DNA of 64,000 nt from Eledone cirrhosa. Lineage: Eukaryota. Shown in pieces: positions 46,474 to 59,056 of the stretch. The first letter of the stretch is position 1. The number at the start of each line of letters is the position of its first letter. The stretch is taken from assembly GCA_964016885.1 (NCBI GenBank), contig OZ024741.1, positions 147,622,001 through 147,686,000 on the forward strand, in the 5' to 3' direction. Under the pieces are notes generated by a model that saw only the letters and a list, made by a program, of their open reading frames with translations, searched no databases and was not told the origin of the DNA. The translations under genes were made by a program, and so were the position numbers.

Positions 46474-46627
46474 ATGTGTGTGTGTGTGTGTGTGTAGGAG
46501 GTGAGTTTTATTGTAGTACAATAAAGCAATGCAGATATCGGATAAGTAGCACTCAACAGTTTGTAGGACTGGAGTATAAAAAATATAAGATCAAAAGATG
46601 GTTAAAAGAGTTCCATGTATTTTATTA

Positions 46628-48790
46628 ACTAACATTATAAAAAATCTTAAATTCAAGCGAAACCCTTACAGAGGACAAGAGCACCTTGTAAATCTCAAGA
46701 ATACGATTTTAAACCTAAATTCCTCAAAAAATGTTTTAGTACACTCCGACAAAACCAATAATTTATATGGTATATCTAAGGATAACTATTACAACCTTAT
46801 CCTTAAAGAACTTAGGAAGAAATATCGCAAAACTAACCATGATAATTTAGAATCCATAAACTTTGAAGCTTCTGAGATTATGTCAAAACTTGGCATCGAA
46901 AAAAAGACCGAACCATTTCTCCCAAGAACTCCGAGGATAAATCTCAAGGATCACAAAAACAACTTTCGTACTGAACTACCTGTTAGACTAATCACCCCCT
47001 CTAAATCAGATCTGGGGGTTGTTAGCAAAGCCATCTTGAATAGAATTATCCCACAGGTTCGTTCTAATTGCTCTACTTCTAACTTAAATTTATGGTTTGG
47101 TACTTCTGAAGTAATTGGCTGGTTCAACAAATTGAATAAGAAAAACAAACAAAAATGTATTCAATTTGATATTGCCAGCTACTATTCTTCTATTTCGCCC
47201 ACACTTCTCAACAATGCTCTATCTTTCGCTTATAAATATTCAGACATCACCACAGATGAACTTCACATCATTCTCACCGCACGTAAAACCATCTTAGAAT
47301 TCAACAATGAATACTGGACCAGAGCTGATACCTCCAACAACTTTGACATTACAATGGGTGCATCCGATTCATCCCAATTGACAGATTTAATTGGTATCTT
47401 TATTTTGAACTCTTTGAATCGGAAAATTCCTCAACTTCGCGGTGGAATTTATCGGGACGATGGACTTTTCACTATCTGAAATTGCAACATAGTTAACCTT
47501 AATATTATTAAGAACAATATACGTGATTTCTTTAACCAACATAACTTAAAAATTGAATTTGATAACAACATCAAACTAGCTAACTTCTTGGATATATCTC
47601 TTAATCTTGACACTGGCCTATATTACCCTTACCATAAAAACAATGAGAATCTAAATTATGTTAATTTTAAATATAACCACCCCACTAACATTAAAAATGC
47701 TATAGTTAGTAATATTGGAAAAAGAATATCAAACCTATCATCTAATAAAAACATCTTTGAATCTAACGCCAATTACTATAATAACGCGCTTTCTAAAGCC
47801 GGTTATCCTGATAAAATCAAATACAGTAAAGAAACCAATCCTAGAAGATCTTACAGTAAAATAATTAATCATGATCATTCCAATAACTTTAATAAAAGAC
47901 CTAGATACAAAAATATATTCTGGTATAATGCTCCTTTCTCCATCTCTATTAATAATAATATTCCTAAATTATTCTTTAGTGCCTTAAATAAATGCTTCCC
48001 TCCCTCACATATCTATAGTAAAATATTTAACAAACATACTATAAAATTTTCCTCTTCGACCTCCTCCAACATCTCCAACATTATCTCTAAACACAACAAT
48101 AAAATACTAAATACTAAATTTCTTCCTTCCAACACTGAATATCATAGTAATAGCAATAGTACTCCCGACGTCATTGTTAACTCTAGGCTAATTTCTGCAA
48201 ACCCAAATACGACGTCAAACGCAACTTCGTTAAATGTTCTTAATCCCAATCTAAATCAAGAAACTATTATTCCTATCGTAAATAACTTCTCCAATCCAAT
48301 TCCTCCTATAGATAACACTAGGTCACTTGTTAATAACTCTGTTAATTTCTCTAATCGCAATTGTAATTGCCCTGTTAAAAATAAATGTCCTCTCAACAAC
48401 CATTGTCTTGAAAAAAACTTAATCTATGAATGTAAAGTTATAACTGACACCAATTCCTTTACCTATTTTGGCTCCACTTCCACCTCCTTTAAAGCTCGTC
48501 TTTATAATCATCATTCGTCTTTTAAATACCAACTTAAAAGAACCAACACGGCACTCTCAGAACACATATGGTCCTTGAAAGACAAAAATATTAACTATAA
48601 CATCTCTTGGAGGAAAGTTTGTTCTGCCTCTCCATACTTGAATGCCTCTCTATCCAAAACATGTAATCTCTGTTTATGTGAGAAATTTACCATTATATCT
48701 AATTTAGATTCTATAATAAATAGACGCACTGACTTATTTTCTCTCTGCTTGCATACATTCCACAGAACATTCCATAAAGTATACAGCTAA
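46628..48790 (+). pseudogene. PLE reverse transcriptase + GIY-YIG endonuclease with a single in-frame TGA at 47477
   Basis: HSDKTNN, LKDHK, QFDIASYY, ITMGAS, YRDDG, FLDI, CNC.....CPL...C, IYEC...YFGST, FKARLYNH, CNLCLCEK; ORFs 46598 and 47588 share a frame. Confidence 0.9.
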
Positions 48791-48830
48791 TATCTAATAC
48801 TTTACCAATTTAAAATCCTTTTTCTCAAAA

Positions 48831-48892
<62 letters not shown>

Positions 48893-50072
48893 CTTTAAAA
48901 ATATACCCATCTTTCTACCTTATTTCAATGTTATTTATTATACATTATATAATACTAGTTACTCATTCTATATCATTCTTATTTATCACTTCCCTTTCTT
49001 CCTTTTTTCCTTTTTCTTTTAATTTCTAACCTCTAATCTGTACCTTTTCTTCCTAAATACTTCTCAATTCTCATTATTACTCACCACAATATATCCACTC
49101 TTCCTTCTTCCATCATATCACTGGCCATAAAACTTACTATTACCCTTTTAAATACTTTATAGTATCACCTTTAAAAATCCTTCGTAAACATAAACATTTT
49201 TTTTTACGTTAGATTATTCATCCTCAATTCATTATTGTTTTCTCCCTTTCATGCTCGTCTAACTTTTACATATTACACATCACAATACACAAAAACAAAC
49301 TTAAACCTTAACTAATCTCCTTTATTACATTATATTATTACCATTAGAAAATACTTCATAAACATACATATTCTGATGTTAGAGTCTTTTCTTCCTTAAA
49401 CACTATCTCCTTCTTTGCTTTCTGCGCTCATTTGTAAACAAACTATTTACATATATTACACATACATATTACATTACATAAAAACAAACTTAAACACTAA
49501 CTAATTCCTCTAAATTCATAATTCATCCACTCTTCTACTTCTTTTCACATTATATCTTTAATAACATTAATATTTTTATTTTAATAATACATATCAACAA
49601 TTTCTTTCCATCGCACATATTATTAAACCCTTCAATATTCAAACCTTAATTTAATATTATTCTTAATACATATTAACAATTTCTTTTCATCGCACATATT
49701 ATTAAACCCTTCAATATACAAACCTTAATTTAACATTATTCTTAATTTTCTCTCTTCATTAATTTTCAAGTTCTTTTAATTTATATATTATCTTCCAACG
49801 GCTTTTTAACCTCTCTCTGTAAAACAATATATTTTTCACAGTTATAAAGGCTATCTCTCTCTTTCTATCACCCATCTCTCCTCCTATCTCATCCTGCCTT
49901 ACTATACTCCTCCCCCTCCATTCTTTACTCTCATCTCCTCCTCCTTTTCATCCTTTCCAACCCCCCTCATTTTTTTTCCCAATATCACACATCAATCTTA
50001 AACTAATTTTCATATGTTGATTTAAAACTGCACTATTCACAAGTGTTTTTTAACCTTCATATCATGTCTCCC

Positions 50073-50143
50073 TATTTTATCTGACGAAAACGCAAATGTC
50101 ATCGCATGATGATATTTGTTTTTGAAATGCGCATAATAAAATA
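50073..50143 (+). ncRNA. type I hammerhead ribozyme with palindromic stem III
   Basis: tattttat-CTGACGA-aaacgcaaatgtcatc.gcat.gatgatatttgttttt-GAAA-tgcgca-TA-ataaaata; 8-bp stem I. Confidence 0.85.
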
Positions 50144-50171
50144 CATGGAACTCTTTTAACCATCTTTTGAT

Positions 50172-50240
<69 letters not shown>

Positions 50241-50244
<4 letters not shown>

Positions 50245-50435
50245 AAGGAAGTGTGGTAAGGAAACTGGTGGACCATAACGCACCAGAGTACTTGTTACTT
50301 AGAGTAGTAGAGTGGGTAATAGGAAAAGAGTCAGGACCCCGACGTCTGAGCTCTGGCCGTTTCGATAGCTAGATCTGAACGCAGACCTAGCTGTCGAAAT
50401 GGCCGGAGCTCAGCCATCGGAGTCCTGACTCTTTT

Positions 50436-50437
<2 letters not shown>
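50241..50437 (-). repeat. fold-back palindrome element in (TA)n, copy 3 (diverged, opposite orientation)
   Basis: Arms within 50322-50437; tail 50241-50321 homologous to copies 1 and 2. Confidence 0.85.
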
Positions 50438-50501
<64 letters not shown>

Positions 50502-50618
50502 TTGAAGTTTCCGTTGAAAATTGAAAAAGTCATAGGAGTGAAGAGTGCTCTATGTAAGTACCAGAGCAAAATTTAATGTATAATAAACAATACAATATAA
50601 TTACCTCATTACCAGAGG

Positions 50619-50668
<50 letters not shown>

Positions 50669-50672
<4 letters not shown>

Positions 50673-51640
50673 AATGATTTTAGTGCAACTAATTAGAGAA
50701 AGGGTCAAATTAGATGAGATGCAGTTTGGTTTTGTGCCTGGGAAAAATACAACAGATACCCTCTTCTTAGTGAGAGAACTACAAGAGAGGTTCTTAGAGA
50801 AGAGTAAGCCACTATACTTACCTTTTGTTGACCTAGAGAAGGCCTTTGATAGGGTACTCCGATCTGTCATCTGGTGGTCCCTAAGGAAACTAGGTGTTGA
50901 GGAATGGCTTGTGAGGACAGTGCAAACTTTGTACAGAGGTACTGTCAGTAAAGTCAGAGTAGGAATGGAGTTTAGTGAGGAATTCCAGATACAAGTAGGA
51001 GTACATCAAGGTTCGGTCCTCAGCCTGTTCTTGTTCATTATAGTCCTCCAAGCCATAATAGAGGAGTGTAAGACTGGCTGCCCATGGGAACTTCTCTATG
51101 CTGACGATCTGGTTCTTATAGCAGAATCAGTAGAGGAGCTAGAGAATAAATTCTGGTTATGGAAACAGCAGCTGGAGTCAAGAGGACTGAAAGTGAATCA
51201 AGCTAAGACAAAAGTGTTGATAAGTAGAAAAGAGGACAAAACTCTGATTCCATCAGGGAAATGGCCATGTTCAATATGTAGAAAAGGAGCTAGCATAAAT
51301 TCTATAAAATGTACACAATGCAGATCTTGGGTACACAAGAGATGTAGTGGGATAGCAGGCAAACTAACAGGTAGGGAAAACTATGTATGCAGTAGATGCA
51401 CAGGGAAATTTGACAGTAGAAGTCGCATTGATAGACACATTGTTCAAATGCAGGTGGGTTCTATGGAAGTTGTTGATAGCTTCCGGTACCTAGGTGATCA
51501 GATTAGCATGGGAGGGGGAGGGTGTTCCGAGGCCATAGTATCTAGAATAAGGACGGGTTGGAAGAAGTTTAGGGAGCTGCTTCCTCTGTTGACAAAGAAG
51601 GGTTTCTCCCTGCATACGAAAGGCTGGTTTTATGATGCTA
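50669..51640 (+). pseudogene. RTE-clade LINE RT fragment (related to the 34561 family)
   Basis: QFGFVPGK, FVDLEKAFDRV, GVHQGSVLS, LLYADDL, FRYLG. Confidence 0.92.
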
Positions 51641-51825
51641 ATACTATCTATTGGTTGCAACTCCAGGTAGAAGGACCAATGTGAAATAAAGTGTCTTGCC
51701 CAAGGGCATAACGCCTCTCCCGGTCCGTAAATCAAACTCACAACCTCATGATGGTGAATCCAATTCTCTAACCACTTAGCCACGCGCCTTCACTATACGA
51801 GTATATACATATATACATGCGCGCG

Positions 51826-51914
<89 letters not shown>

Positions 51915-51916
51915 GT

Positions 51917-52205
51917 GGAGGCACGTGGCCTAGTGGTAAGGGTGTTGGACTTACACTCATAATGTTGTGGGTTTGATTCCTGGGTTGTGTGTTGTGTTCT
52001 TGAACAAAACACTTTATTTCACATTGCTCCAGTATACTCAGCTGAAAATGAGTACCAGCATTAGCTGGGGCTTTAACTCTGCGATGGACTGGAGTCCTGT
52101 CCAGGAAGGGGGGCGGAGTCTTGTAATCTCAGTCTCCTCACGCCATGAAACGAGGATAAACACCAGCCAAATGAGCCTTCTGTCTTAAGACAGATTTTAG
52201 ACTTT
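51917..52205 (+). mobile_element. tRNA-derived SINE (related to 21008, 23608-23880, 39385-39610 and 51680-51790 (-))
   Basis: A-box tggcctagtgg, B-box ggtttgattcc, body acactttatttcacattgctcc. Confidence 0.75.
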
Positions 52206-52391
52206 TTTTAAGATATATATGTGTGTGTATTATATATATAATACACACAGAGAATTCTGTGTCTAAAATTACGAGAGTAGAGAATACCACAATTGTTTTA
52301 TATATTTAATCTGAATCATATGTAAGATATAAAAAGTTTTTCATATGATATAAACATTTTTTCATATACAGACCGTACCAATAACTATTTC

Positions 52392-52478
52392 ATCTCTCGG
52401 ACAGATTAGAGATTTAATCTGTTTCGCCCTGAAAATTGTTTGTAACAGATAATCCCTAGACTTTCGTCAGCGAGAGAT
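52392..52478 (-). ncRNA. type I hammerhead ribozyme (GUC site)
   Basis: atctctcg-CTGACGA-aa-gtct...gggc-GAAA-cagatta.aatctc.taatctg-TC-cgagagat. Confidence 0.78.
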
Positions 52479-52937
52479 AAGATCAAATGAAAACAAAATA
52501 CATTTAACTACAATTCACGGGAATGAATAGAATAATACACCTCGTGCGTTGGGCGTTATACGTGGTGTGAGTGGGTATGCTAGAAATAATAGCCTTATTA
52601 CACTCAACTTATAAGCTCACCTAGTTAGGGAGCCGAAATACAAATAAAATACAGAGTAACTAACTCATATTGATACCCTGCAATTAACAAGCTCAAAGTA
52701 TAAATACTGAGCGTTATATAAAAAGATTTATATCTTACGTATGATTCAGATTAAATATATAAAACAATTGTGGTATTCTCTACCCTCGTAATTTTAGATA
52801 CAGAATTCTCTGTGTTTATTTCTACATATATTATTATATAGCATACCCACTCACACCACGTATAACGTCCAACGCACGAGGTGTATTATTCATTCCCGTG
52901 AATTGTAGTTAAATGTGTTTTGTTTTCATTTGATCTT

Positions 52938-53026
52938 ATCTCTCGCTGACGAAAGCCTAGGGATTATCTGTTACAAACACAATTTTCAGGGCGAAACAGA
53001 TTAAATTTCTAATCTATCCGAGAGAT
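52938..53026 (+). ncRNA. second copy of the same hammerhead (G-to-A change in stem III next to the cleavage site)
   Basis: atctctcg-CTGACGA-aa-gcct...gggc-GAAA-cagatta..taatcta-TC-cgagagat. Confidence 0.7.
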
Positions 53027-53270
53027 GAAATAGTTATTGGTACGGTCTGTATATGAAACAATTTTTATATCTTATGAACATTTTTTTATATCTTACATAT
53101 GATTCAGATTAAATATATAAAATAATTTTGGTATTCTCTACCCTCGTAATTTTAGACACAAAATTCTTTGTGTTTATTTCTACATATATTATTATATAAT
53201 ACTCAGTATTTATACTTTGAGCTTGTTAATTGCAGGGTATTAATATGAGTTAATAACTCTGTATTTTATT

Positions 53271-53313
<43 letters not shown>

Positions 53314-53489
53314 TAGACCACCCCTGACCGTTGGGTCATGTTCACTTCAAAATGATTTTTAAATAATTAAAATATACACAGACATATATATAATGTGAAA
53401 TGAAACTGGAAGGCCCATATATATATATATATGTGTGTGTGTATGTATATATTTAAATATGTGTGTTTGTATACATAAATATATATGTA

Positions 53490-53545
<56 letters not shown>

Positions 53546-53633
53546 GGTGTCTGTGATCTATATACACTGGTCATAGATACACACACATACATATACACAC
53601 ACACACTCACATATATATATATATATATATAAA

Positions 53634-54045
53634 TATATATACAATATTAAATAAATGGCAACTATATTTATAAAACCATATTTATTTCATTATATATATT
53701 TCAGGGATATCATATTAACAATATGCTATGCCTTCCTCAGACAAAATACAATATAAACAGTTTTATAGATAAATATATTTGACATACCGTAACAACATCG
53801 ACTTGTATTTGAAAAGTTGATTTGGCAGTGAAAAAATTGTACACAGAGAGAAAGAAAGAGAGAAAAAAAAAAAAGGAAAGAAAGACAGAAATATATATAA
53901 TGAAATAAATATGGTTTTATAAATATAGTTTCCATTTATTTAATATTGTAAATATACTCCAAATAATTGTCGAGTGCTTTTATATCAGTTATAAATATTT
54001 ACTAGTGGTAACCCAACAATTTAAATATAACTTTCCATATAAATA
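53634..54045. mobile_element. PLE terminal-repeat inverted pair
   Basis: Arms 53634-53702 / 53888-53956, tail to ~54045, flanked by (TA)n. Confidence 0.75.
53683..53748 (-). ncRNA. type I hammerhead ribozyme
   Basis: tattttgt-CTGAGGA-agg...catatt.gtt.aatatg...cct-GAAA-tatata-TA-atgaaata. Confidence 0.75.
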
Positions 54046-54110
54046 TATATATATATATTATAAATGTAAACATGTAAGTATGTTTTTGAAACGGTGCGCA
54101 AGTTTGAAAA

Positions 54111-54287
54111 TTAGAAATTAGAAATTATAAGCTTTCACCGTATTTTAGACTAAAGAAATTTCTAGCCTGATGGTGGGGTTTATAACGGCAACACTCATCT
54201 TTTTCCATTTCTCCGAGGGTTATAAACCCCACCATCAGGCTAGAAATTTCTTTAGTCTAAAATACGGTGAAAGCTTATAATTTCTAA

Positions 54288-54294
<7 letters not shown>
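54111..54294. repeat. ~76-bp perfect inverted repeat with ~32-nt spacer abutting (TA)n; probable PLE-end fold-back
   Basis: ttagaaattagaaattataagc...gtttataac and its reverse complement; only a degenerate HHR trace (aaGATGA...gccgt/acggt-GAAA). Confidence 0.75.
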
Positions 54295-54328
<34 letters not shown>

Positions 54329-54333
<5 letters not shown>

Positions 54334-54957
54334 ATAATAATAAAATTGAAGACTAAAATCCAAAACATATTTATATGTGCGTGGTTTTGTATACCTATCG
54401 TAAGGTTTTGCGTATGCTTGTGTATGTACGTATCTGTTTGCGTGTATGTATTTATTTGTTTCTATTACTTCTGTATTGTATTTATTTACTTTGTTCTTAA
54501 CTCTGTAGCGGAGATTCATTCGGTCTCCTAGTTAGAATTTTAGTCTACAACTTCCGCTATACCATTTACGTGGTTTTGTCTTTGCGTGCTATTGTTCTCC
54601 ACGCTCCACATATGACTTATTATCTTCGTTTTTTCGTTCATTGCCAGAGAACGTCTCTATGCACCACTTAGAGAACATTAGTCTACGACCTCTTTTATAC
54701 CATAAGCGTGGTTCTGTCTTTGCGCGTAATTGTTTTTCCCCGCTCCTATTAATGACGTATTATTCGTTTTTTCCCGTTCTTTGCCAGCGAACGTCACCAT
54801 GAACCAAAGTATCGTCTTCCTGTCTTCCTCCGGTTGCAACGTTTTTTGAAATATCCAGTTCTGCGTTTACAGATTGACTTTGTTAGTTTCAGAAGATCCC
54901 GTTAAGGGTGAAAGCAGCGATTCTTTGCTTAAACTTTAATCTGTTATATTAATAAAT
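54329..54957 (+). mobile_element. PLE terminal repeat (family of 45772-46380) with a short inverted 5' tail copy
   Basis: 54564-54957 is nearly identical to 45891-46291; 54329-54365 is the reverse complement of ~46345-46381. Confidence 0.8.
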
Positions 54958-55508
54958 ATATATATATATATATATACAACACCACCACCAGCTCTCTCAC
55001 TCTCTATTCTATTCTCCTTCTCTGTCTCCCTCTCTCTCTATGTTTCTCTTTCAATCTATTCTCTCACAACCACTATCTCTTTCTCTCTCTGTTTATGAAG
55101 GTGTGGGTATGGTGTGGTGTGCGGTGGCCGGAAGCTGGGGATTGCTCGACCGGAAGAGTGCTTGACCGGAAGGGTGCTTGGCCGGAAGGGTGCTCGACCG
55201 GAAGGACCAGCAGGTCGGCCTCTTTCTCTGGCGGTGATCTGGAACGTGGTGGACGCGAGTTTTGCAGCTCCGAGTTAACGAGTTGGATTGGACGCACGTG
55301 GAAGAGGAGAAACCAGCCATGGGATTTAGCAGCGACTATGAAAAGTGGTAAGTGAAGTAGCTTTTTCTAACCACAAGCTATTTCGGCACTGGAAACTGAG
55401 ATCTGATCAAAGAAAAAAAAAAAAAAACTTTCTCGAAAATAAAGCTACTGGAAAAACAGAGAGGAGTCTGTCATTTTTTTGATTACGTACCACAAGACAA
55501 ATTAGGAT

Positions 55509-56270
55509 ATGGCGATGAGACTACGGACAAGCGAAGCGATTAGGGCATTTACCGGTGAAGGCGATGTTGTCGCTTGGTTGCGAAAAGTCCGGCTGGTCGA
55601 AAGCTTACAGAAGATAGAAGATGTGGCTGGCCTCACGGCACTGTACCTCGAGGGGGACGCGTTGGTGCTCTTCCTTGAAATGGATGAACACAGCCAAAGG
55701 GATGCGCAAAAGATTGAGAGGCGCATGATGGAAGCGTTCGCGGAGGGACCGTTAGCCGCTTTTGCTAAGCTGGCAAGAATTAGATGGAACGGTGAACGCG
55801 TTGACATTTTCGCAGCGGAAATACGGCGATTGGTCATGTTGGCTGGATATCAGGTGGAATGCGAACGCACGGTGCGGTTGGCGTTCATAAATGGATTTCC
55901 AGACGACATAGCGGTGAAACTACAGCAAGTCCCGAGTTACAAAGAAATGGAGATGCGTGCACTGGTGGAGCAAGCCCGCATCATAGCAGAAGATTCCAAG
56001 AAGAGTGTCGCAGCGATAGCAACTACAGAGGCCCAAGACAGCTGGCAGCGAAATGGTGAAAGGGAGGCAACCACGGCACGCGGTCGCCCGCGAATGTTTA
56101 AAGGTTGCTGTTTTAGGTGCCAGGGCCCGCACATGGCGAGAGACTGTAGAGAGTCAAGGCCGGAAATAATATGCTACCGGTGTAAGCGACGAGGCCACAT
56201 TGCTACTAACTGCGACCAGGGAAACGATCCAAGGGGAACTACTGCGCCAGTAGTTTCCCCTTACGAGTAG
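55509..56270 (+). CDS. gag: Gag with two CCHC-type zinc knuckles
   Basis: 253-aa open ORF; CFRCQGPHMARDC and CYRCKRRGHIATNC. Confidence 0.9.
   Translation: MAMRLRTSEAIRAFTGEGDVVAWLRKVRLVESLQKIEDVAGLTALYLEGDALVLFLEMDEHSQRDAQKIERRMMEAFAEGPLAAFAKLARIRWNGERVDIFAAEIRRLVMLAGYQVECERTVRLAFINGFPDDIAVKLQQVPSYKEMEMRALVEQARIIAEDSKKSVAAIATTEAQDSWQRNGEREATTARGRPRMFKGCCFRCQGPHMARDCRESRPEIICYRCKRRGHIATNCDQGNDPRGTTAPVVSPYE
56219..56260 (+). promoter_or_regulatory. -1 ribosomal frameshift signal (G_GGA_AAC plus hairpin)
   Basis: Heptamer 56219-56225 in the gag frame; stem ggggaactactg-cgc-cagtagtttcccc 7 nt downstream; the -1 frame is open into ALVDTGC. Confidence 0.8.
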
Positions 56271-59056
56271 AGGCGCTGCCCGTGTTGGAAGTCTTCGTGA
56301 GGGGAAAGCCACAGCGAGCCCTCGTGGACACGGGCTGTACGACGACAGTGGTGACCGCGGGGGTGGGTGGCGCAGAGGTGGAGAGGGAAGAGCAGCGTAA
56401 GGGCAGTCGACGGTAGGAAAATTGAATGCAGAGGTCGCAGCGAGGTGGAGATGGCGGTACGGGGAAGGAAAATAAGGCTCTCTGCCATCGTAGTCGACAA
56501 TGTGGTGGATGGGATCGGCGTGGTTATGGGCATGGACGCAATTGGCCGTCTAGGAGGCGTCACAGTGAACAACGTCGGTGTGTCGTTTGGCGGCGCAGCA
56601 TCGGTATGCGCTGTGAGTACGCGACAGGAGAACCAGAAGGCCCGCGAGGAGAAATACCCCGCTTACACTGTGCAGGACAAAGACTTCAAGGCCGTGTTCG
56701 ATGGGTAGCGATGGGTTGTTGAGTGGTACTGGAAGGGAGAACCACCAACACTGAAGACCTAAGTGGGCTGCTATCAACACACATTGAAGGGAGACATTAG
56801 GGGCGAGTTCGAGCGAGAGGTAGAGAGCTGGATTGAGGAGGGCATACTGCTGCCCTGGAAAGAGGAGGTGAAGTGCAGAGTATTGCCGTTAATGGCAGTG
56901 GCGCAACCCACGAAGAACAAGGTGAGGCCGGTACTGGACTTTCGGGACCTGAACGAGCACGTGTCATGCCACACCGGTGGCGTGGTCACGGATGTCTGTG
57001 GAGTGGAGACGCATGACGGGGGGTTCCGCAATCGTAGATCTAAGGTCGGCATACTTGCAATTGCATATAGATGAGAAGCTCTGGCAGTATCAGCTGGTCA
57101 GGTATAAGGGCCGGACATATTGCCTGACCAGGCTCGGTTTCGGGCAGAGCTCCGCACCAAAGATCAAGGCGGCGGTCATCAAGACTATTCTGGGAAAGGC
57201 CGACAAGATGAAGAGGGCCACTAATTCCTACATTGACGACATCCTAGTGGACGAGTCTGTAGTGTCGGCGGCGGAGGTCATAGCCATTTACAGGGGTATG
57301 GACTGGCTGCGAGGCCGTCAGAAGCGTTGGAGGGAGGAGCCGCGCTGGGACTTAGGCTACGGCGAGACAGGACGGGCGTCTTAGTATTCCAGAGGGGAAA
57401 TGAAGTTCCAGACCTGGGCCCAAGTATGAGTAGGCAGGAGCTTTTCTCGGTGTGTGGAAAGTTGGTGCGTCACTACCCGATTGCTGGGTGGCTCCGGACG
57501 GCATGCAGCTATGTCAAGAGACGAGCAGGAGGGGTGACTTGGAGTGACAGAGTGGGAGAGAGGACGGTGGCCATGATGCAGGAGAGGGTCAAGGCCGACG
57601 ACACAGTGCGGGGACGCTGGTATGTTCCCAAATCGCAGAGCGGGACCGTATGGTGCGATGCCAGCAGCATAGCGCTGGGTGTCACGTTGGAGTTAGGAGG
57701 TGCTGAGATCAAGGATGCAGCCTGGCTTAGGAAGAAGGACGACTGCAACCACATCAATGTGGCCGAGCTGGAGACGGTGTTGAGAGGGGTGAACCTCGCC
57801 CTGAGGTGGGGACTGCGTACCATCAAGACACGCACCGACTCGGCTACTGTACTCGGATGGGTGAGATCAGTGCTCACCAGTGAGAAGAGAGTGCGAACGA
57901 GAGATGCAGCGGAGATGCTGATAAAGCGCCGCCCGGGAACTTTAGGAGAGCTGGCCACCGAGTTCGAATTGAGGCTGAGCATAATTTTCGTGCCCTCAGA
58001 GAAAAATAGGGCGGACGTCTTAACCAGAGTGAAGAAAGCCTGGATGGAAGCGCCGGAGGAGGTAGAAGAGGAGATAGCTGCCGTGTGTCGGCTGACCGAG
58101 TCGGATATGAAAGGGTTGCATAACATGCACCGCATGGGAGTGGATAGGACTCTGTTCCTAGCCAGGAGAATCGACTCGGAAGTTAACAGACACAGTGTTC
58201 AAAGGGTGGTTAGAGGCTGCGTCCGATGTCAGTCCATTGATCCCGCCCCGGGTGTGCACGAAACAGGAAGTCTCCCGGTGGATCGCGACTGGAAGTGATT
58301 GGCGGTGGATGTAACACACTACCGACAGGGAACGTACCTCTTGATGGTCGACTGTGGACCGAGACGGATGGCGATATGGAGGGAGATGAAGACTGGAACG
58401 GCCGAGGAAATCATGCGGACGTTGAGAGAGGTGTTCTTGGAGCGGGGCTCTGTGGACGAACTGCTGATGGACAACAGCGCAGCATTCCGCTCGGAGGCGC
58501 TGAGGGAGATGCTCGATGGATGGAAGGTGGACCGTTTCTTCAGAGCAGCGTACAGGCCGAGCGGAATGGAATGGTGGAGCGACACCACCGGACGATCAAA
58601 GCAATGGCGGAGCGGGGCCACATCTCACCAATGGAAGCGGTGTTCTGGTACAACATGTCCCCTCGGGTGGGACAGGTTGAGGAATCGGTGCCACACAGAG
58701 CAGTATTCAGATACGAGTGGCGGCACCCGTGCACGCCACCACAACGGCCAGTGGGGAGAGAGAATGCATTCGTGCAGGTGGGCGAAGAAGTCTGGGTTAA
58801 TCCCCCAGATGCACGTTGCACATCTCAATGGGGAAGGGGAACGGTGCCGGCCGTAAATTCCCAGAACAATGTGTCCGTGGACGGAGTACCACGTCATGTC
58901 CTGGATGTCCGTAGAATTACTGTGTCAACGGACTCCGAGGAGGAGGAAACCCAAAGTGCTGCCCCAACACTGCGGAGATCGCAAAGAAGTCGCAAACCAC
59001 CAACCTGGACAGCAGACTTTCAAATGCAGAAGGACGAGGGGGAAATTGATCCTTGA
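56219..59056 (+). pseudogene. pol: Gypsy pol (PR-RT-RH-IN), disrupted by several frameshifts and stops
   Basis: ALVDTGC; VRPVLDFRDLN; VDLRSAYLQ; YIDDIL; VWCDASS; AVDVTH, MDNSAAF, NGMVER. Confidence 0.92.

Larger units (their letters stand above)
46584..50177 (+). mobile_element. PLE, YRDD type (Hydra-clade-like, tentative), 5'-truncated, with a 44-bp inverted terminal copy
   Basis: 46584-46627 is the reverse complement of 50134-50177; ends in (TA)n. Confidence 0.88.
52244..53275. mobile_element. non-coding HHR-bearing unit in permuted, inverted and tandem copies (retrozyme-like)
   Basis: 52244-52580 is the reverse complement of 52841-53175; 52640-52718 is the reverse complement of 53194-53275; 52727-52840 duplicates 53086-53198. 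Confidence 0.8.

Noticed and set aside
47477-47479. In-frame TGA in PLE RT as selenocysteine or readthrough
   Set aside because: It falls just after YRDDGLFTI, where a CGA(Arg)-to-TGA CpG transition is the simpler explanation; no SECIS was recognised by eye.
50536-50590. gtgaaga-gt-gctct...agagc-aaaa as a hammerhead
   Set aside because: Both core strands are mutated and stems I and III are not evident.
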